Below, piece after piece: positions 40,364-57,879 of a stretch of DNA of 64,000 bases. This DNA comes from Eledone cirrhosa (Eukaryota): positions 359,600,001 through 359,664,000 of the forward strand of contig OZ024741.1 in NCBI GenBank assembly GCA_964016885.1, in the 5' to 3' direction. Position 1 is the first letter of the stretch. Each line of letters opens with the position of its first letter. The notes under the pieces were generated by a model that made no database searches, was not told where the DNA came from, and was given only the letters and a program-made list of their open reading frames with translations. The translations under genes and the position numbers were made by a program.

Positions 40364-40858
40364 ACATATATATATAAATATACATAAATATACATATATA
40401 TACATAAATATAAATATACATATATTATATAAATATACATATATTATATACATAAATATACATATATACATAAATATACATACATATATAAATATATATA
40501 CATACATACATATATAAATATATATATACAAATATATATAAATATATATATACAAATATATATACATATATACACAAATATATATACATATATACACAAA
40601 TATATATACATATATACATATATATACAGATATATATATAAATACATATATATATATATATCCATATACATATATATATATACATATATATACATATATA
40701 CATATATATACATATATATACATATATATATATACATATATATACATATATACATATATATACATATATATACATATAAATATATATATATATACATATA
40801 CAGATATATAATATATATACATATATATACATATACAGATATATATACATATATATAC

Positions 40859-40890
<32 letters not shown>

Positions 40891-41434
40891 ATACATATAC
40901 ATATATATATATATACACATATATATATATATTACATATATATACACACATATATACATATACATATATATATATATATATATGCACATATATATATATA
41001 TACATATATATACACACATATATATACATATATATATACACATATATATACATATACATATATATATATATATACACATACATATATATATATATATACA
41101 CATATATATATATATATATATACACATATATACACATATATATACATATACATATATATATATACATATATATACATTATATATATATACATATATATAC
41201 ATATATATATATACATATATATACATATATATATATACATATATATACATATATACATATATATACATATACATATATATATATATATACATATATATAC
41301 ATATATATATATACATATATATACATATATACATATATATACATATATATACATATACATATATATATATATATACACATATATATACATATACATATAT
41401 ATACATATATATATACACATATATATACATATAC

Positions 41435-41466
<32 letters not shown>

Positions 41467-41813
41467 ATACATATACATATACATATATATGCATATATAT
41501 ATACATATATATATACATATATATATACATATATATATACATATATATATATACATATCTATACATATACATATATATATATATACATATATATATACAT
41601 ATATATATACATATATATATACATACATATATACATACATATATATATACATGTATATATACATACATATATACATACATATATATATACATATATATAT
41701 ACATACATATATATATACATATATATATACATATATATATACATACATACATATATACATACATACATATATATATACATATATATATACATATATATAT
41801 ACATACATATATA
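40364..41813. repeat. (TA)n/(TACA)n microsatellite array
   Basis: Directly visible. Confidence 0.95.
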
Positions 41814-42155
41814 TCATCATCATCATCATCATCATCAACGTTTAACGTCCGTGTTCCACGCTTGCATGGGTTTGGACGGGGGTAGTCCCACTTGAGGCAA
41901 GAGTGATTGTCTTGCTCGCATAGGACTGTCTGGCAGGTTTTCTACAGTTGGATGCCCTTCCTAACACCAACCACATTTACAGTGTGGGTCTGGGAGGTTT
42001 TTACCGTGTTGCCTACACGGCCACATTACAGCGTGGACTGTGTGTTTTTTTGTCGTGACACCTACACGATCTCATTTGTTTCGGCCTCGATGGCGCGGCA
42101 CCAACATAACTTTACATAGAACGGGGTGGTGTGGATCGGGTGGGGGTGGTGGGAC
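41814..42155 (-). mobile_element. RTE family B 3' UTR fragment
   Basis: Near-identical reverse complement of 33990-34335. Confidence 0.85.
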
Positions 42156-42480
42156 ATACATATATATATACATACATATATATATACATACATATATATA
42201 TACATACATATATATATACATGTATATATATATACATATATATATACATACATATATATATACATATATATATACATACATATATATATACATGTATATA
42301 TATATACATGTATATATATATACATATATATATACATACATATATATATACATACATATATATATATACATACATATATATATACATACATATATATATA
42401 TACATACATATATATATACATACATATATATATACATACATATATATATACATGTATATATATATACATATATATATACA

Positions 42481-42566
42481 TGATGGCTGCCCCCTCGTTA
42501 TCGAGTATGGCCATTGCACAATAAAAAAAAAAAAAAAAAAAAAAAAAAATAAAAAAAAAAAAAAAA

Positions 42567-42640
<74 letters not shown>

Positions 42641-42641
42641 G

Positions 42642-42672
<31 letters not shown>

Positions 42673-42792
42673 TATATACATATACATATATATACACATA
42701 TATATACACACATACATACACATACATACATATATACACACACACATACATACACATACACTCACACATATATACACACATACATTAATAAC

Positions 42793-42838
<46 letters not shown>

Positions 42839-42917
42839 GCAATAATAATAATAACGACAACAACAATAATAATATACATATTCATATATATATACACACA
42901 CACGCACGCACATAAGC

Positions 42918-42961
<44 letters not shown>

Positions 42962-45900
42962 GATAGCAACTAACAGTGCTGCGATCGAATGTGGCTTTTT
43001 AGCCCAGCCAATGATCCAAAATGTCTTGCACAGAGTCGGCAACCAAAACATTTACTGGGAATAGTCGGCTGTGGTTGGAGTTCGTGTACTTTTGCATGTC
43101 GCTTGAGTCCTCCTGCTGATTTACATTCTCTACCACATGTTTGGCAAGCATGATGAGTAGCATCTCCAACAGCAGCCTGGTAGTCAACCACTGGTCTTAC
43201 TTTATGACTGCGAAGATGACTTTCGAGTCCAGCTTTGCTTAGGCAGAGTCTCGCACAGACGCTGCATGCCAGAAACATAGGAGGACCCTCGCCGTCTGGA
43301 AGTGCAACAGCAATACCCTTCCTCACGTCCCGCTTTACTTTCTCGTGTGCGATTCGAGATGCCTCAAAGGCAACTTTTCCCTCATATACAGTCTTTCTCC
43401 ATTTATTACGATCAGCAGCAACATTTTCCCATGTATCAGCAGAGATGTTAGCGTCTCTCAGAGAGGCCTTCAAGGAATCCTTATACCTCTTTTTTGGTTT
43501 ATGTGGCGGTCGTTTTCCTTTAACCAACTCTCCATAGAAGAGTTGTTTTGGTATTCTAGAATCCTTCATCCTGGCAAGGTGACCACTCCAACGGAGTCGC
43601 TGCTTAAGCACAAGAGCTTCTATACTGTCACACATAGAGCTTTCCAAAATCTCGACATCACTGATGTGGTCCCTCCAGCGAACGCCATGTATCCATCTGA
43701 GACACATCTGATGGAAACGCTCCAATTGCTTAAGGTGGCGTCGATATGTGACCCAGGTCTCGCAGGCATAAAGAAGACAAGAGAGTACACATGCCCTGTA
43801 CACCCTTACCTTTGTCCTCCTGCATATGTCTCGCCGACCCCAGAGTCGCCTTTCTAGCTTTCCGAAAGCATCACTTGCTTTCCTAATCCTAAGTGAGATT
43901 TCACTGTCAAGGTTGCCGTATCGATTGACAGTGCTTCCCAGGTAGACAAACTGATCAACCACTCCAAGTCGTTTGCCATACACATAGATGTTTGGTTCAG
44001 TGTACTGCCTACCAGGTGCAGGTTGGTACATGACGACGGTTTTCTTGAGACTGACAGTCAAACCCAGGGCAGTGCAAGGCAGTGCAAGCGTCAGAAAATA
44101 CATTCAAAATGTGCTGCATATCACTCTCTGTGTGCGCTACAAGATCGCAATCATCTGCATACAAGAGGTCTCTTATGACTGATGTAAATACCTTTGTCTT
44201 CGCAGCAAAGCGCCTGATGTTAAATATGCTGCCTGAGGTTCGATATCGGATGTAAACACCATGCTCGCAATTCCTGAATGCAACACAGAAAACCATTGCA
44301 AAGTATATGGCAAACAGGGTCGGTGCTGGAATATCCCCCTGTTTCACTCCATTTTTTACTGAGATAGGCTCCGACATGTTACCTCCGACATTAACCCAAG
44401 CCTTCATGTCGTCATGGAAAGACCTAACTAAAGCAAGGAACTTATCAGGGCAACCAAGTTTCTGGAGAACCTTCCATAATGCATCTCTGTTGACAGTATC
44501 GAAAGCCTTTGTCAGATCGACAAAAACCTGATACAGATCCAAGCCCTGTTCAATGCACTTCTCCTGGAGCTGTCTAGCTGAGAAGATCATATCAGTAGTG
44601 CCGCGTCCAACACGAAAACCAGATTGACTTTCAGGAAGGACACAATCTGCAATGTGTGTCAGCAGACGGTCCAGAAGCACCCTACATAAAACTTTCCCCA
44701 CGACAGAAAGCAATGATATACCTCTGTAGTTCCCACAATCATTCCTGTTACCCTTTCCCTTGTACAAGACCACCATTACTGCATCTCTCCAGTCCTCAGG
44801 CACGGATTCATTAGCCCATATCCTTCCAAACAGAGAGTGAAGATGTTGCAGGAGTCTCTCACCACCATATTGTAGGAGCTCAGCATGTATGCCATCCATA
44901 CCTGGAGATCTTCCACTGTTCAGCTTCGAAATAGCCACTGCAACCTCCACAAGTGTCGGAGGCTCTGCGAGAGCTACTTTCACAGGACTTTCCGGAATGA
45001 GATTGAGGAAATCTTCACTGACGACAGACGGCTGATTCAAAAGATCATCAAAGTGCTCTCGCCACCTTCGTAGAATTCCCTGTGAGTCACGAAGAAGTTC
45101 TTTGCCATCCCTGCTGCGAATCGGTGTCACCAGAGAAGAAGACGGTCCATAAACCTCACGCAAGAGACTGTACAACAGCTTTGTGTTATTGCAATCAGAC
45201 GCAGTTTGAATCTCACCAGCCTTCTCACTCCACCACTGATCCTTCATCTGAGAAAGACTCCGCCTAACACGTGATTTTACATCCCTGAGCTCCTCATGCA
45301 ACGTATTCCTCTCCTGTGGTCTTGCCGTCAAGTAGCGTGACAGAGCGCGCCTCTTATCAGCCAACAAGTCATCTATATGCACATCTTTCTCATTAAACCA
45401 GTCCTGATGTTTTCTCTGCACCAATCCCAGAACACGTCTGCCTACATCATAAACCGACTTTTTAAGGGTCGGCCAATCCTCACCAAGATCTGCAGCCTGC
45501 ATCTCTTCTTCCAATGTCCTCTTCACATTTTTATCCTTAAGACGAGCAGCATTCAATCTTTTGGGCAGGGTAACACCAGGAGCCCGGATTTTACGTTTGG
45601 TGATTAGATTCACTTTTGCGCGTACCAGGCGGTGGTCCGTCCAGCACTCAGCTCCACGAAGAACACGAACACACCGCACATCCTGTCTGTCACGCATCCT
45701 GACTAGGACGTAGTCCAAAAGATGCCATTCCTTAGATGCAGGATGCATCCATGTGGTCTTGAATTTGTTCTTTTGTTGGAACATGGTGTTGGTAACACAC
45801 AGATCCAGCTCCTCACACATCTGCAGCAAGAGCATACCATTGCTGTTACACTTTCCCACCCCATGCCTTCCGATTACATTCCATGTGTTAAAATCCCTAC

Positions 45901-46534
45901 CCACTCTAGCATTAAAGTCACCAAGCACGATGACTTTGTCTGCCTGAGGGATATTTCTTAAAACACCTTTCAAGGCATGGTAAAAGGACAGTTTTTCTTC
46001 ATCGACAGAATTCATAGTTGGAGCATACACACTCACCAGGGTAGCATATCTTCCCTTGTCCAGCGGAACTCTCATGGACATAAGACGCTCACTAATCCCC
46101 ACTGGGAATTCTTCTAATTTATTCACCAGTACAGTCTTAACAGCAAATCCTACCCCAGCCTCTCTTCTGGTTCCTTCATCTCTTCCTTTCCAGAAGAATG
46201 TATATTCTCCACAAAATTCCGTAAGATGACCATCTCCAGCTAACCTCGTCTCAGACAAAGCCACGATGTCAAGATCGTAACGTCGAAGCTCCTTCGCAAC
46301 AAGAGCGGTCCTTCGTTCAGGACGCTCCAAAGAATCCCTGTCAAGCAGCGTCCGTACGTTCCAGCAGCCAAGACTAAATGCCCTGTTTGGCTCTATTACA
46401 ATGGCACGATGACGGGCGGGCCCAGGTTGTGATAACTTGGGGCCCCTGCCCTTATTGCCAATGATCTCTTTTGTTCCAGAACCCAAATTGGCAATTATCT
46501 CGTTTACATTGTTCTGGAACATCATTGAATTGGG

Positions 46535-46576
<42 letters not shown>

Positions 46577-46581
46577 TAATA

Positions 46582-46624
<43 letters not shown>

Positions 46625-46923
46625 ACTATTAATAATTATTAATGCACTCGTGCAATGCCTGTGCGTGACGAATATTTTTAAAGTGAGGAAAGACTGTGCA
46701 CTGAACCAATCCCACTCTCTGAGCGACAGTAGCTATAACCCGAAAAGAAGAAAAGATCAACATCATCGGTAACTACTGAGCCGCAGGTTTTATATCGGAG
46801 TTAACCCAGTTTCCTGAGATGCCTTCTCCTAGAAGAATACCCTGACATGGGCTAGGGGTTCTTCACTCCCAGTGGTTTAACTGCGCGATCGGGCATCCAG
46901 CCCGATTATTTCTATGTCCCCGC

Positions 46924-46925
<2 letters not shown>
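42481..46925 (-). mobile_element. Full-length RTE/BovB-like LINE whose UTRs are interrupted by microsatellites
   Basis: Putative 5' UTR 46640-46925 with the CTAGGAGAAGG motif; ORF 46525-42970; 3' terminal CTCGATAACGAG hairpin at ~42480-42515. Confidence 0.85.
42970..46525 (-). pseudogene. RTE ORF (APE endonuclease, reverse transcriptase, three C2H2 zinc fingers) broken by one frameshift
   Basis: GCWNVRTL, ALSETRL, VSVYAPT, LGDFNARVG, LLDYVL, WTDHRLV (APE); NYRGISLL, QSGFR, FVDLTKAFD, GVKQG, LLYADD (RT); CSVC..H..H, CQTC..H..H, CRLC..H..H; 10-bp duplication GGCAGTGCAA at 44068-44087. Confidence 0.93.
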
Positions 46926-46957
<32 letters not shown>

Positions 46958-46982
46958 ACTTATTGACACTTATACGTACGAC

Positions 46983-47748
46983 ATACACACACACGCATAC
47001 ATATGCGTGCACACATATATATATACATATATATATACATATATATATACATATATATATACATATATATATACATATATATATACATATATATATACAT
47101 ATATATATACATACATATATATATACATGTATATATATACACATATATATATACATACATATATATATACATATATATATACATACATATATATATACAT
47201 GTATATATATATACATGTATATATATATACATGTATATATATATACATATATATATACATACATATATATATACATACATATATATATATACATACATAT
47301 ATATATACATACATATATATATATACATACATATATATATACATACATATATATATACATACATACATATATATATACATACATATATATATACATACAT
47401 ATATATATATACATACATATATATATACATACATATATATATACATACATATATATATACATACATATATATATACATACATATATATATATACATACAT
47501 ATATATATATACATACATATATATATACATGTATATATATATACATGTATATATACATATATATATACATACATATATATATACATACATATATATATAC
47601 ATACATACATATATATATACATATATATATACATATATATATACATATATATATACATATATATATACATATATATATACATATATATATACATATATAT
47701 ATACATATATATATACATATATATATACATATATATATACATATATAC

Positions 47749-47812
<64 letters not shown>

Positions 47813-47819
47813 GTATCTA

Positions 47820-47914
<95 letters not shown>

Positions 47915-47920
47915 GTATCT

Positions 47921-47976
<56 letters not shown>

Positions 47977-47987
47977 TATATATATAC

Positions 47988-48020
<33 letters not shown>

Positions 48021-48039
48021 CATATATATATATGTATCT

Positions 48040-48078
<39 letters not shown>

Positions 48079-48083
48079 TATAC

Positions 48084-48133
<50 letters not shown>

Positions 48134-48153
48134 GTATCTATACATATCTATAC

Positions 48154-48191
<38 letters not shown>

Positions 48192-48410
48192 ATATCTATA
48201 CATATACATATATATATATATACATATATATATCTATACACATCTATACATATACATATACATATATATATATATCTATACATATACATATATATATATA
48301 TATATATATATCTATACATATCTATATATATATATCTATACATATCTATATATATATATCTATACATATCTATATATATATATCTATACATATCTATACA
48401 TATACATATA
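46983..48410. repeat. (TA)n/(TACA)n/(TATC) microsatellite array
   Basis: Directly visible. Confidence 0.95.
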
Positions 48411-48517
48411 TGGATGTAAATATAATGTATTTTGTAATACACTTTATGCTTAATTAAAAGCATTTTGAAGACCGTAAGCTATTGTTTTAAAGTAGTGACA
48501 AATTCACTCACTTCGAT

Positions 48518-48605
48518 CCCAGCAAACAGGAGGAGATAAGCCGACATGACATGTTTCGCTTTTGTTGAAGCTTATCAAGGCCAACTACCCCGCCCGTCTG
48601 CTGAG
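48518..48605 (-). ncRNA. Type I hammerhead ribozyme, U3-A8 core variant (copy 1)
   Basis: GGCC-UUGAUAA-GCUU caacaa AAGC-GAA-ACAU guc AUGU-C^GGCU; stem I extends ~23 bp with a GUU bulge (outer part CUCAGCAGAC/GUUUGCUGGG); predicted cleavage between 48543 and 48542. Confidence 0.8.
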
Positions 48606-48834
48606 ATTAATGATGTTATATTCTTATAGAAATCTAGTAAATAATCAGGAGCTGATTATGCAGAGCGGTTGTTGGTCAGGCAGAAATTAAAAATTAGAAT
48701 TGTAGCTCTGAAATAGCAATATATATATGGATGTAAATATAATGTATTTTGTAATACACTTTATGCTTAATTAAAAGCATTTTGAAGACCGTAAGCTATT
48801 GTTTTAAAGTAGTGACAAATTCACTCACTTCGAT

Positions 48835-48922
48835 CCCAGCAAACAGGAGGAGATAAGCCGACACGACATGTTTCGCTTTTGTTGAAGCTTATCAAGGCCA
48901 ACTACCCCGCCCGTCTGCTGAG
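48835..48922 (-). ncRNA. Type I hammerhead ribozyme, U3-A8 variant (copy 2)
   Basis: As copy 1; a single change converts a stem III U-A pair to U-G. Confidence 0.78.
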
Positions 48923-49150
48923 ATTAATGATGTTATATTCTCATAGAAATCTAGTAAATAATCAGGAGCTGATTATGCAGAGCGGTTGTTGGTCAGGCAG
49001 AAATTAAAAATTAGAATTGTAGCTCTGAAATAGCAATATATATATGGATGTAAATATAATGTATTTTGTAATACACTTTATGCTTAATTAAAAGCATTTG
49101 AAGACCGTAAGCTATTGTTTTAAAGTAGTGACAAATTCACTCACTTCGAT

Positions 49151-49238
49151 CCCAGCAAACAGGAGGAGATAAGCCGACATGACATGTTTCGCTTTTGTTG
49201 AAGCTTATCAAGGCCAACTACCCCGCCCGTCTGCTGAG
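49151..49238 (-). ncRNA. Type I hammerhead ribozyme, U3-A8 variant (copy 3)
   Basis: Same sequence as copy 1. A fourth copy (49471-49532) lacks the 5' arm of stem I. Confidence 0.8.
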
Positions 49239-49532
49239 ATTAATGATGTTATATTCTTATAGAAATCTAGTAAATAATCAGGAGCTGATTATGCAGTGCG
49301 GTTGTTGGTCAGGAAGAAATTAAAAATTAGAATTGTAGCTCTGAAATAGCAATATATATATATGGATGTAAATATAATGTATTTTGTAATACACTTTATG
49401 CTTAATTAAAAGCATTTTGAAGACCGTAAGCTATTGTTTTAAAGTAAGTGACAAATTCACTCACTTCGATCCCAGCAAACAGGAGGAGATAAGCCGACAT
49501 GGCATGTTTCGCTTTTGTTGAAGCTTATCAAG

Positions 49533-49945
49533 TACTTGGCGGGTAACTCAGTAAAGAAGACCCGCTTTACCTAAATATATAGTAAAACCTACTCCAGCCA
49601 GTAGGCATCTCTAACAAAATACACCCCGTCCCACCACCACCACCCCGTTCTATGTAAAGTTATGTTGGTGCCGCGCCATCCAGGCCGAAACAAATGAGAT
49701 CGTGTAGGTGTCACGACAAACAAACACACAGTCCACGCTGTAATGTGGCCGTGTAGGCAACACGGTAAAAACCTCCCAGACCCACACTGTAAATGTGGTT
49801 GGTGTTAGGAAGGGCATCCAACTGTAGAAAACCTGCCAGACAGTCCTATGCGAGCAAGACAATCACTCTTGCCTCAAGTGGGACTACCCCCGTCCAAACC
49901 CATGCAAGCGTGGAACACGGACGTTAAACGTTGATGATGATGATA
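49533..49945 (+). mobile_element. RTE family B 3' end fragment
   Basis: Matches 33925-34335; (TGA)n tail. Confidence 0.85.
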
Positions 49946-50664
49946 TACATATACATATACACATATATATATACATATACATACATATATATATACATAT
50001 ACATATATATACACATATATATACATATATATACACATATACATATATATACATATATATACACATATATATATATACATATATATACACATATATATAT
50101 ATACATATATATACATATATATACATATATATATACATATATATACATATATATATACATATATATACATATATATACATATATATATACATATATATAC
50201 ATATATATACATATATATACATATATATATACATATATATACATACATATATATATATATACATACATATACATACATATATATACATACATATACATAC
50301 ATACATACATATACATACATATACATACATATATATATATATACATACATATACATACATATACATATATACATATATATATACATACATATACATACAT
50401 ATACATACATATATATACATATATATACATACATATACATACATATATATACATATATATACATACATATATATACATATATATACATACATATATATAC
50501 ATATATATACATACATATATATACATATATATACATACATATATATACATATATATACATATATATACATACATATATATACATATATATACATACATAC
50601 ATATACATATATATACATATATATACATACATACATATACATACATATACATACATATATATAC

Positions 50665-50725
<61 letters not shown>

Positions 50726-50908
50726 TATATATATACATATATACATACATATATATATACATATATATATATACATATATATATACATATATACATACAT
50801 ATATATATATACATATATATATACCTATATACATACATATATATATATACATATATATACCTATATACATACATATATATATACATATATATATACCTAT
50901 ATACATAC

Positions 50909-50945
<37 letters not shown>

Positions 50946-51492
50946 CATACATATATATATATATACATACATATATATATATATACATACATATATATAT
51001 ATATATATACATATACATACATATATATATACATATACATACATATATATATATATATATACATATACATACATATATATATACATATACATACATATAT
51101 ATATATATATATACATATACATACATATATATATACATATACATACATATATATATATATATATACATATACATACATATATATATACATATACATACAT
51201 ATATATATATATATACATATACATACATATATATATACATATACATATACATATATATATATATACATATACATACATATATATATACATATACATATAC
51301 ATACATATATATATATATATACATACATATACATATACATACATATATATATACATACATATACATACATATATATATATATATACATACATATACATAT
51401 ACATACATATATATATACATACATATACATACATATATATATATATACATACATATACATACATATATATATATATATATACATATACATAC

Positions 51493-51523
<31 letters not shown>

Positions 51524-51595
51524 CATACATATATATATATATATATACATATACATACATATATATATATATATATACACATATACATACATATA

Positions 51596-51626
<31 letters not shown>

Positions 51627-51665
51627 ATATATACATACATACATATATATATATACATACATATA

Positions 51666-51696
<31 letters not shown>

Positions 51697-52506
51697 ATAT
51701 ACATACATACATATATATATATATACATACATATATACATATATATATATACATACATATATACATATATATATATACATACATATATATATATATACAT
51801 ACATATATATATATACATACATATATATATATATATACATATATACATATATACATATATATATATACATACATATATATATATATACATACATATATAT
51901 ATATACATACATATATATATATATACATACATATATACATATATATATATACATACATATATATATATATACATACATATATATATATATACATACATAT
52001 ATATATATACATATATATATACATACATATATATATATACATACATATATATATATATACATACATATATATATATATACATACATATATATATATATAC
52101 ATACATATATATATATACATACATATATATATATATACATACATATATATATATATATACATACATATATATATATATACATACATATATATATATATAT
52201 ACATACATATATATATATATATACATACATATATATATATATATATACATACATATATATATACATACATATATATATATACATACATATATATATATAT
52301 ATATACATACATATATATATATATACATACATATATATATATATATACATACATATATATATATATACATACATATATATATATATATATACATACATAT
52401 ATATATATACATACATATATATATATATACATACATATATATATATATATATACATACATATATATATATATATATACATACATATATATATATATATAT
52501 ACATAC

Positions 52507-52538
<32 letters not shown>

Positions 52539-53605
52539 ATATATATATATATACATACATATATATATATATACATACATATATATATATATATACATAC
52601 ATATATATATATATATACATACATATATATATATATATACATACATATATATATATATATATACATACATATATATATATATATACATACATATATATAT
52701 ATATATAATATACATACATATATACATATATATATATACATACATATATATATATACATACATATATATATATATACATACATACATATATATATATACA
52801 TACATATATATAATATATATACATACATATATACATATATATATACATACATATATATATATATATACATACATATATATATATATACATACATATATAT
52901 ATATATACATATATATATACATACATATATACATATATATATACATACATATATACTATATATATATACATACATATATATATATATACATACATATATA
53001 CATATATATATATACATACATATATATATATATACATACATATATATATATATACATACATACATATATATATATATACATACATATATATATATATATA
53101 CATACATATATATATATATACATACATATATATATACATACATATATATATATACATACATATATATATATATATACATACATATATACATATATATATA
53201 CATACATATATACATATATATATACATACATATATATATACATATATACATATATATATACATACATATATACATATATATATACATACATATATACATA
53301 TATATATACATACATATATACATATATATATACATACATATATACATATATATATACATACATATATACATACATATATACATATATATACATACATATA
53401 TACATATATATATACATACATATATACATATATATATACATACATATATACATATATATATACATACATATATACATATATATATACATACATATATACA
53501 TATATATATACATACATATATACATATATATACATACATATATACATATATATATACATACATATATACATATATATATACATACATATATACATCATAT
53601 ATAAT
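49946..53605. repeat. ~3.7-kb (TA)n/(TACA)n microsatellite array
   Basis: Directly visible. Confidence 0.95.
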
Positions 53606-53805
53606 NNNNNNNNNNNNNNNNNNNNNNNNNNNNNNNNNNNNNNNNNNNNNNNNNNNNNNNNNNNNNNNNNNNNNNNNNNNNNNNNNNNNNNNNNNNNNNN
53701 NNNNNNNNNNNNNNNNNNNNNNNNNNNNNNNNNNNNNNNNNNNNNNNNNNNNNNNNNNNNNNNNNNNNNNNNNNNNNNNNNNNNNNNNNNNNNNNNNNNN
53801 NNNNN
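53606..53805. other. Assembly gap (200 N)
   Basis: Run of N. Confidence 0.99.
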
Positions 53806-55852
<2,047 letters not shown>

Positions 55853-55939
55853 TTTCCAATCAAAAACTGCTCCCTGAACAAAAAAAAATCTTTCTTTTTT
55901 AGCCATGAACCTGGCCTAAAGAGATAGAGAAAAACATTT

Positions 55940-57879
55940 TAGCCATCACCCAACACCAGCCTTGCTGTCACTAACACACAATCAGAAAACAAGCCCCCTG
56001 CAACAGTCAAAACCAGCCACCACACTAGCCTCCACATTCTTACTCAATACACAAGGTATCAGCCCATCGATCAATACACAGAAATGGAAGATCCAATTAA
56101 TTGAGGATTGGGTTGGTAACCATCCATTTCACATCCCCTTCTTCATTGTTACTGAGACCCACCTTGACAACTCCCACTTGGAGGCCGAAGTAAGAGTGAG
56201 AAATTTCACAACCATCCGTGTGGATCATGTTGGCAGAAGGAAGGGTGGAACTGCCATTTTCCTGCATGATTCCTTTATGGCAGATGGCAACACAACATTC
56301 TCTAATGGCTACTGTGAATCAGTCACTGTGCACAATAAAGCCAATGACCTGACATTAGTTGGTCTCTATAGGCCACCACAAACACCCATAATCTGTTTCA
56401 AAGAATGCCTCAACAGTATTAAATGCTTTATTAAACAGTGCCATTCTAGCAACATACTTTTGATGGGAGACTTTAATCTACCCTGTGTCGATTGGTCTAC
56501 ATGTAGTTTGAAACCAGGCTCCACAGTCTCAACCACTCACAAAGAGGCTGTCGAGTCACTTCTTGACTTCATGAATGAGTTTTTCTTGTCCCAACTTGTC
56601 CTTGCACCAACAAGGCATTAGAAAAACATTCTGGATCTAGTGTTTAGTAACCACACTAATACAATACATAATATTACAGTGGAAAAACCCCTTCTCTCAG
56701 ACCATGACATGGTTCTTTGTAACCTGAGATTCCACCAGCCGAAAGCTAATCCCAGGGTCCTCTCTCCAGCCCACCCATTTGATAACATGGATCTCCACAA
56801 TGCCAACTGGGATGCAATTATGAATGAACTATCACATGTCGACTGGTCTTTTACACATGCACACACTTCCACCAACATCAAAACATCTTGGCAGATCTTT
56901 GTAGACACTGTCACAAATATATGTCCAAAACGCACCCCACCAAAACCTGTGAACAAAATCAAGTGCAGTATCCCCCAAAACAGAAAAACAATTATCAGAA
57001 AAATAAAAAGAACAAACAAAAAAATTAACTCACTAAAATACTGCCACAGCAACACACACATTCGATGGCTATCACCCTGCTTGAGTCAAAAAAATATAAC
57101 CTCCAACAATGCATGATGACCATCATCATAACCAGAGAATAGCTGAAGAGATGTGGGCCATTGAGAAAATCAAACTCAACCCCAAAGTGTTCTTCTCATA
57201 TCGCTAAAAAACACAAGGTCACCGTCTCCACTGTTGGCCCCCTAGTTGATGAAAATGGCACACTCCAGGACAATGCCAAAACCATGGGCGAGTTACTGCA
57301 GAAACAATACTGCTCTGTTTTCAGCAACCCTGATATGGCCGATCTGGGCCGTATCAGTGATATTAACCCCCAACACACTATATCAGACATAACGTTTGGC
57401 ACCCCTGATGTCCTTAGCGGCAATAAACGAAATTAAACACAATTCAGCAGTAGGCCCTGACAGGTTCCCTGCTTGTGTCCTGAAGGTGTTTCGACACCAA
57501 CTTGCATCTCTTCTTACTAATCTGTGGAGGAACTCACTGGACACTGGCTATATTCCTGAAAACTTTCTGTCCCAGTCCGTTGTCCCAGTCTTCAAAAAGG
57601 GAAATAAGTCCCTTGCAGTGAACTACCGTCCAATCTCAATCACCTCTCATATTATCAAGGTATTTGAGAGGGTGGTGAGATCATGATAACCACTTTCTGC
57701 TGAACTCCAACCAACATGGATTCCGTAATGGAAGGTACTGCCTAACGCAGCTCCTGCATCACTTTGACGATGTTTTGAGAGCCTTGGGAGAGGGCTCCAA
57801 CACTGATGTCATCTACCTTGATTTCAGCAAGGCCTTCGACAGGGTTGATCATAAGATTCTACTGAAAAAACTATCCAAA
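55940..57879 (+). mobile_element. CR1-like LINE ORF2 fragment (APE plus N-terminal half of RT), with stops and frameshifts
   Basis: VTETHL, GGTAIF, GLYRPP, MGDFNLP, PTR..ILDLVF, SDHDMV; NYRPISITSHIIKVFER, QHGFR, DVIYLDFSKAFDRVDH. Confidence 0.88.

Larger units (their letters stand above)
48411..49532 (-). mobile_element. Tandem array of a 317-bp non-coding unit (~3.5 copies) with one hammerhead per unit; retrozyme-like
   Basis: TGGATGTAAATATAATG starts at 48411, 48728, 49045 and 49363; copies differ at only a few positions; no ORF. Confidence 0.85.

Noticed and set aside
31500-53598. Very long Y/I/M/C/V/H/T-rich ORFs (up to 1224 aa) in several frames
   Set aside because: They are translations of (TA)n/(TACA)n microsatellites, which lack stop codons; not genes.
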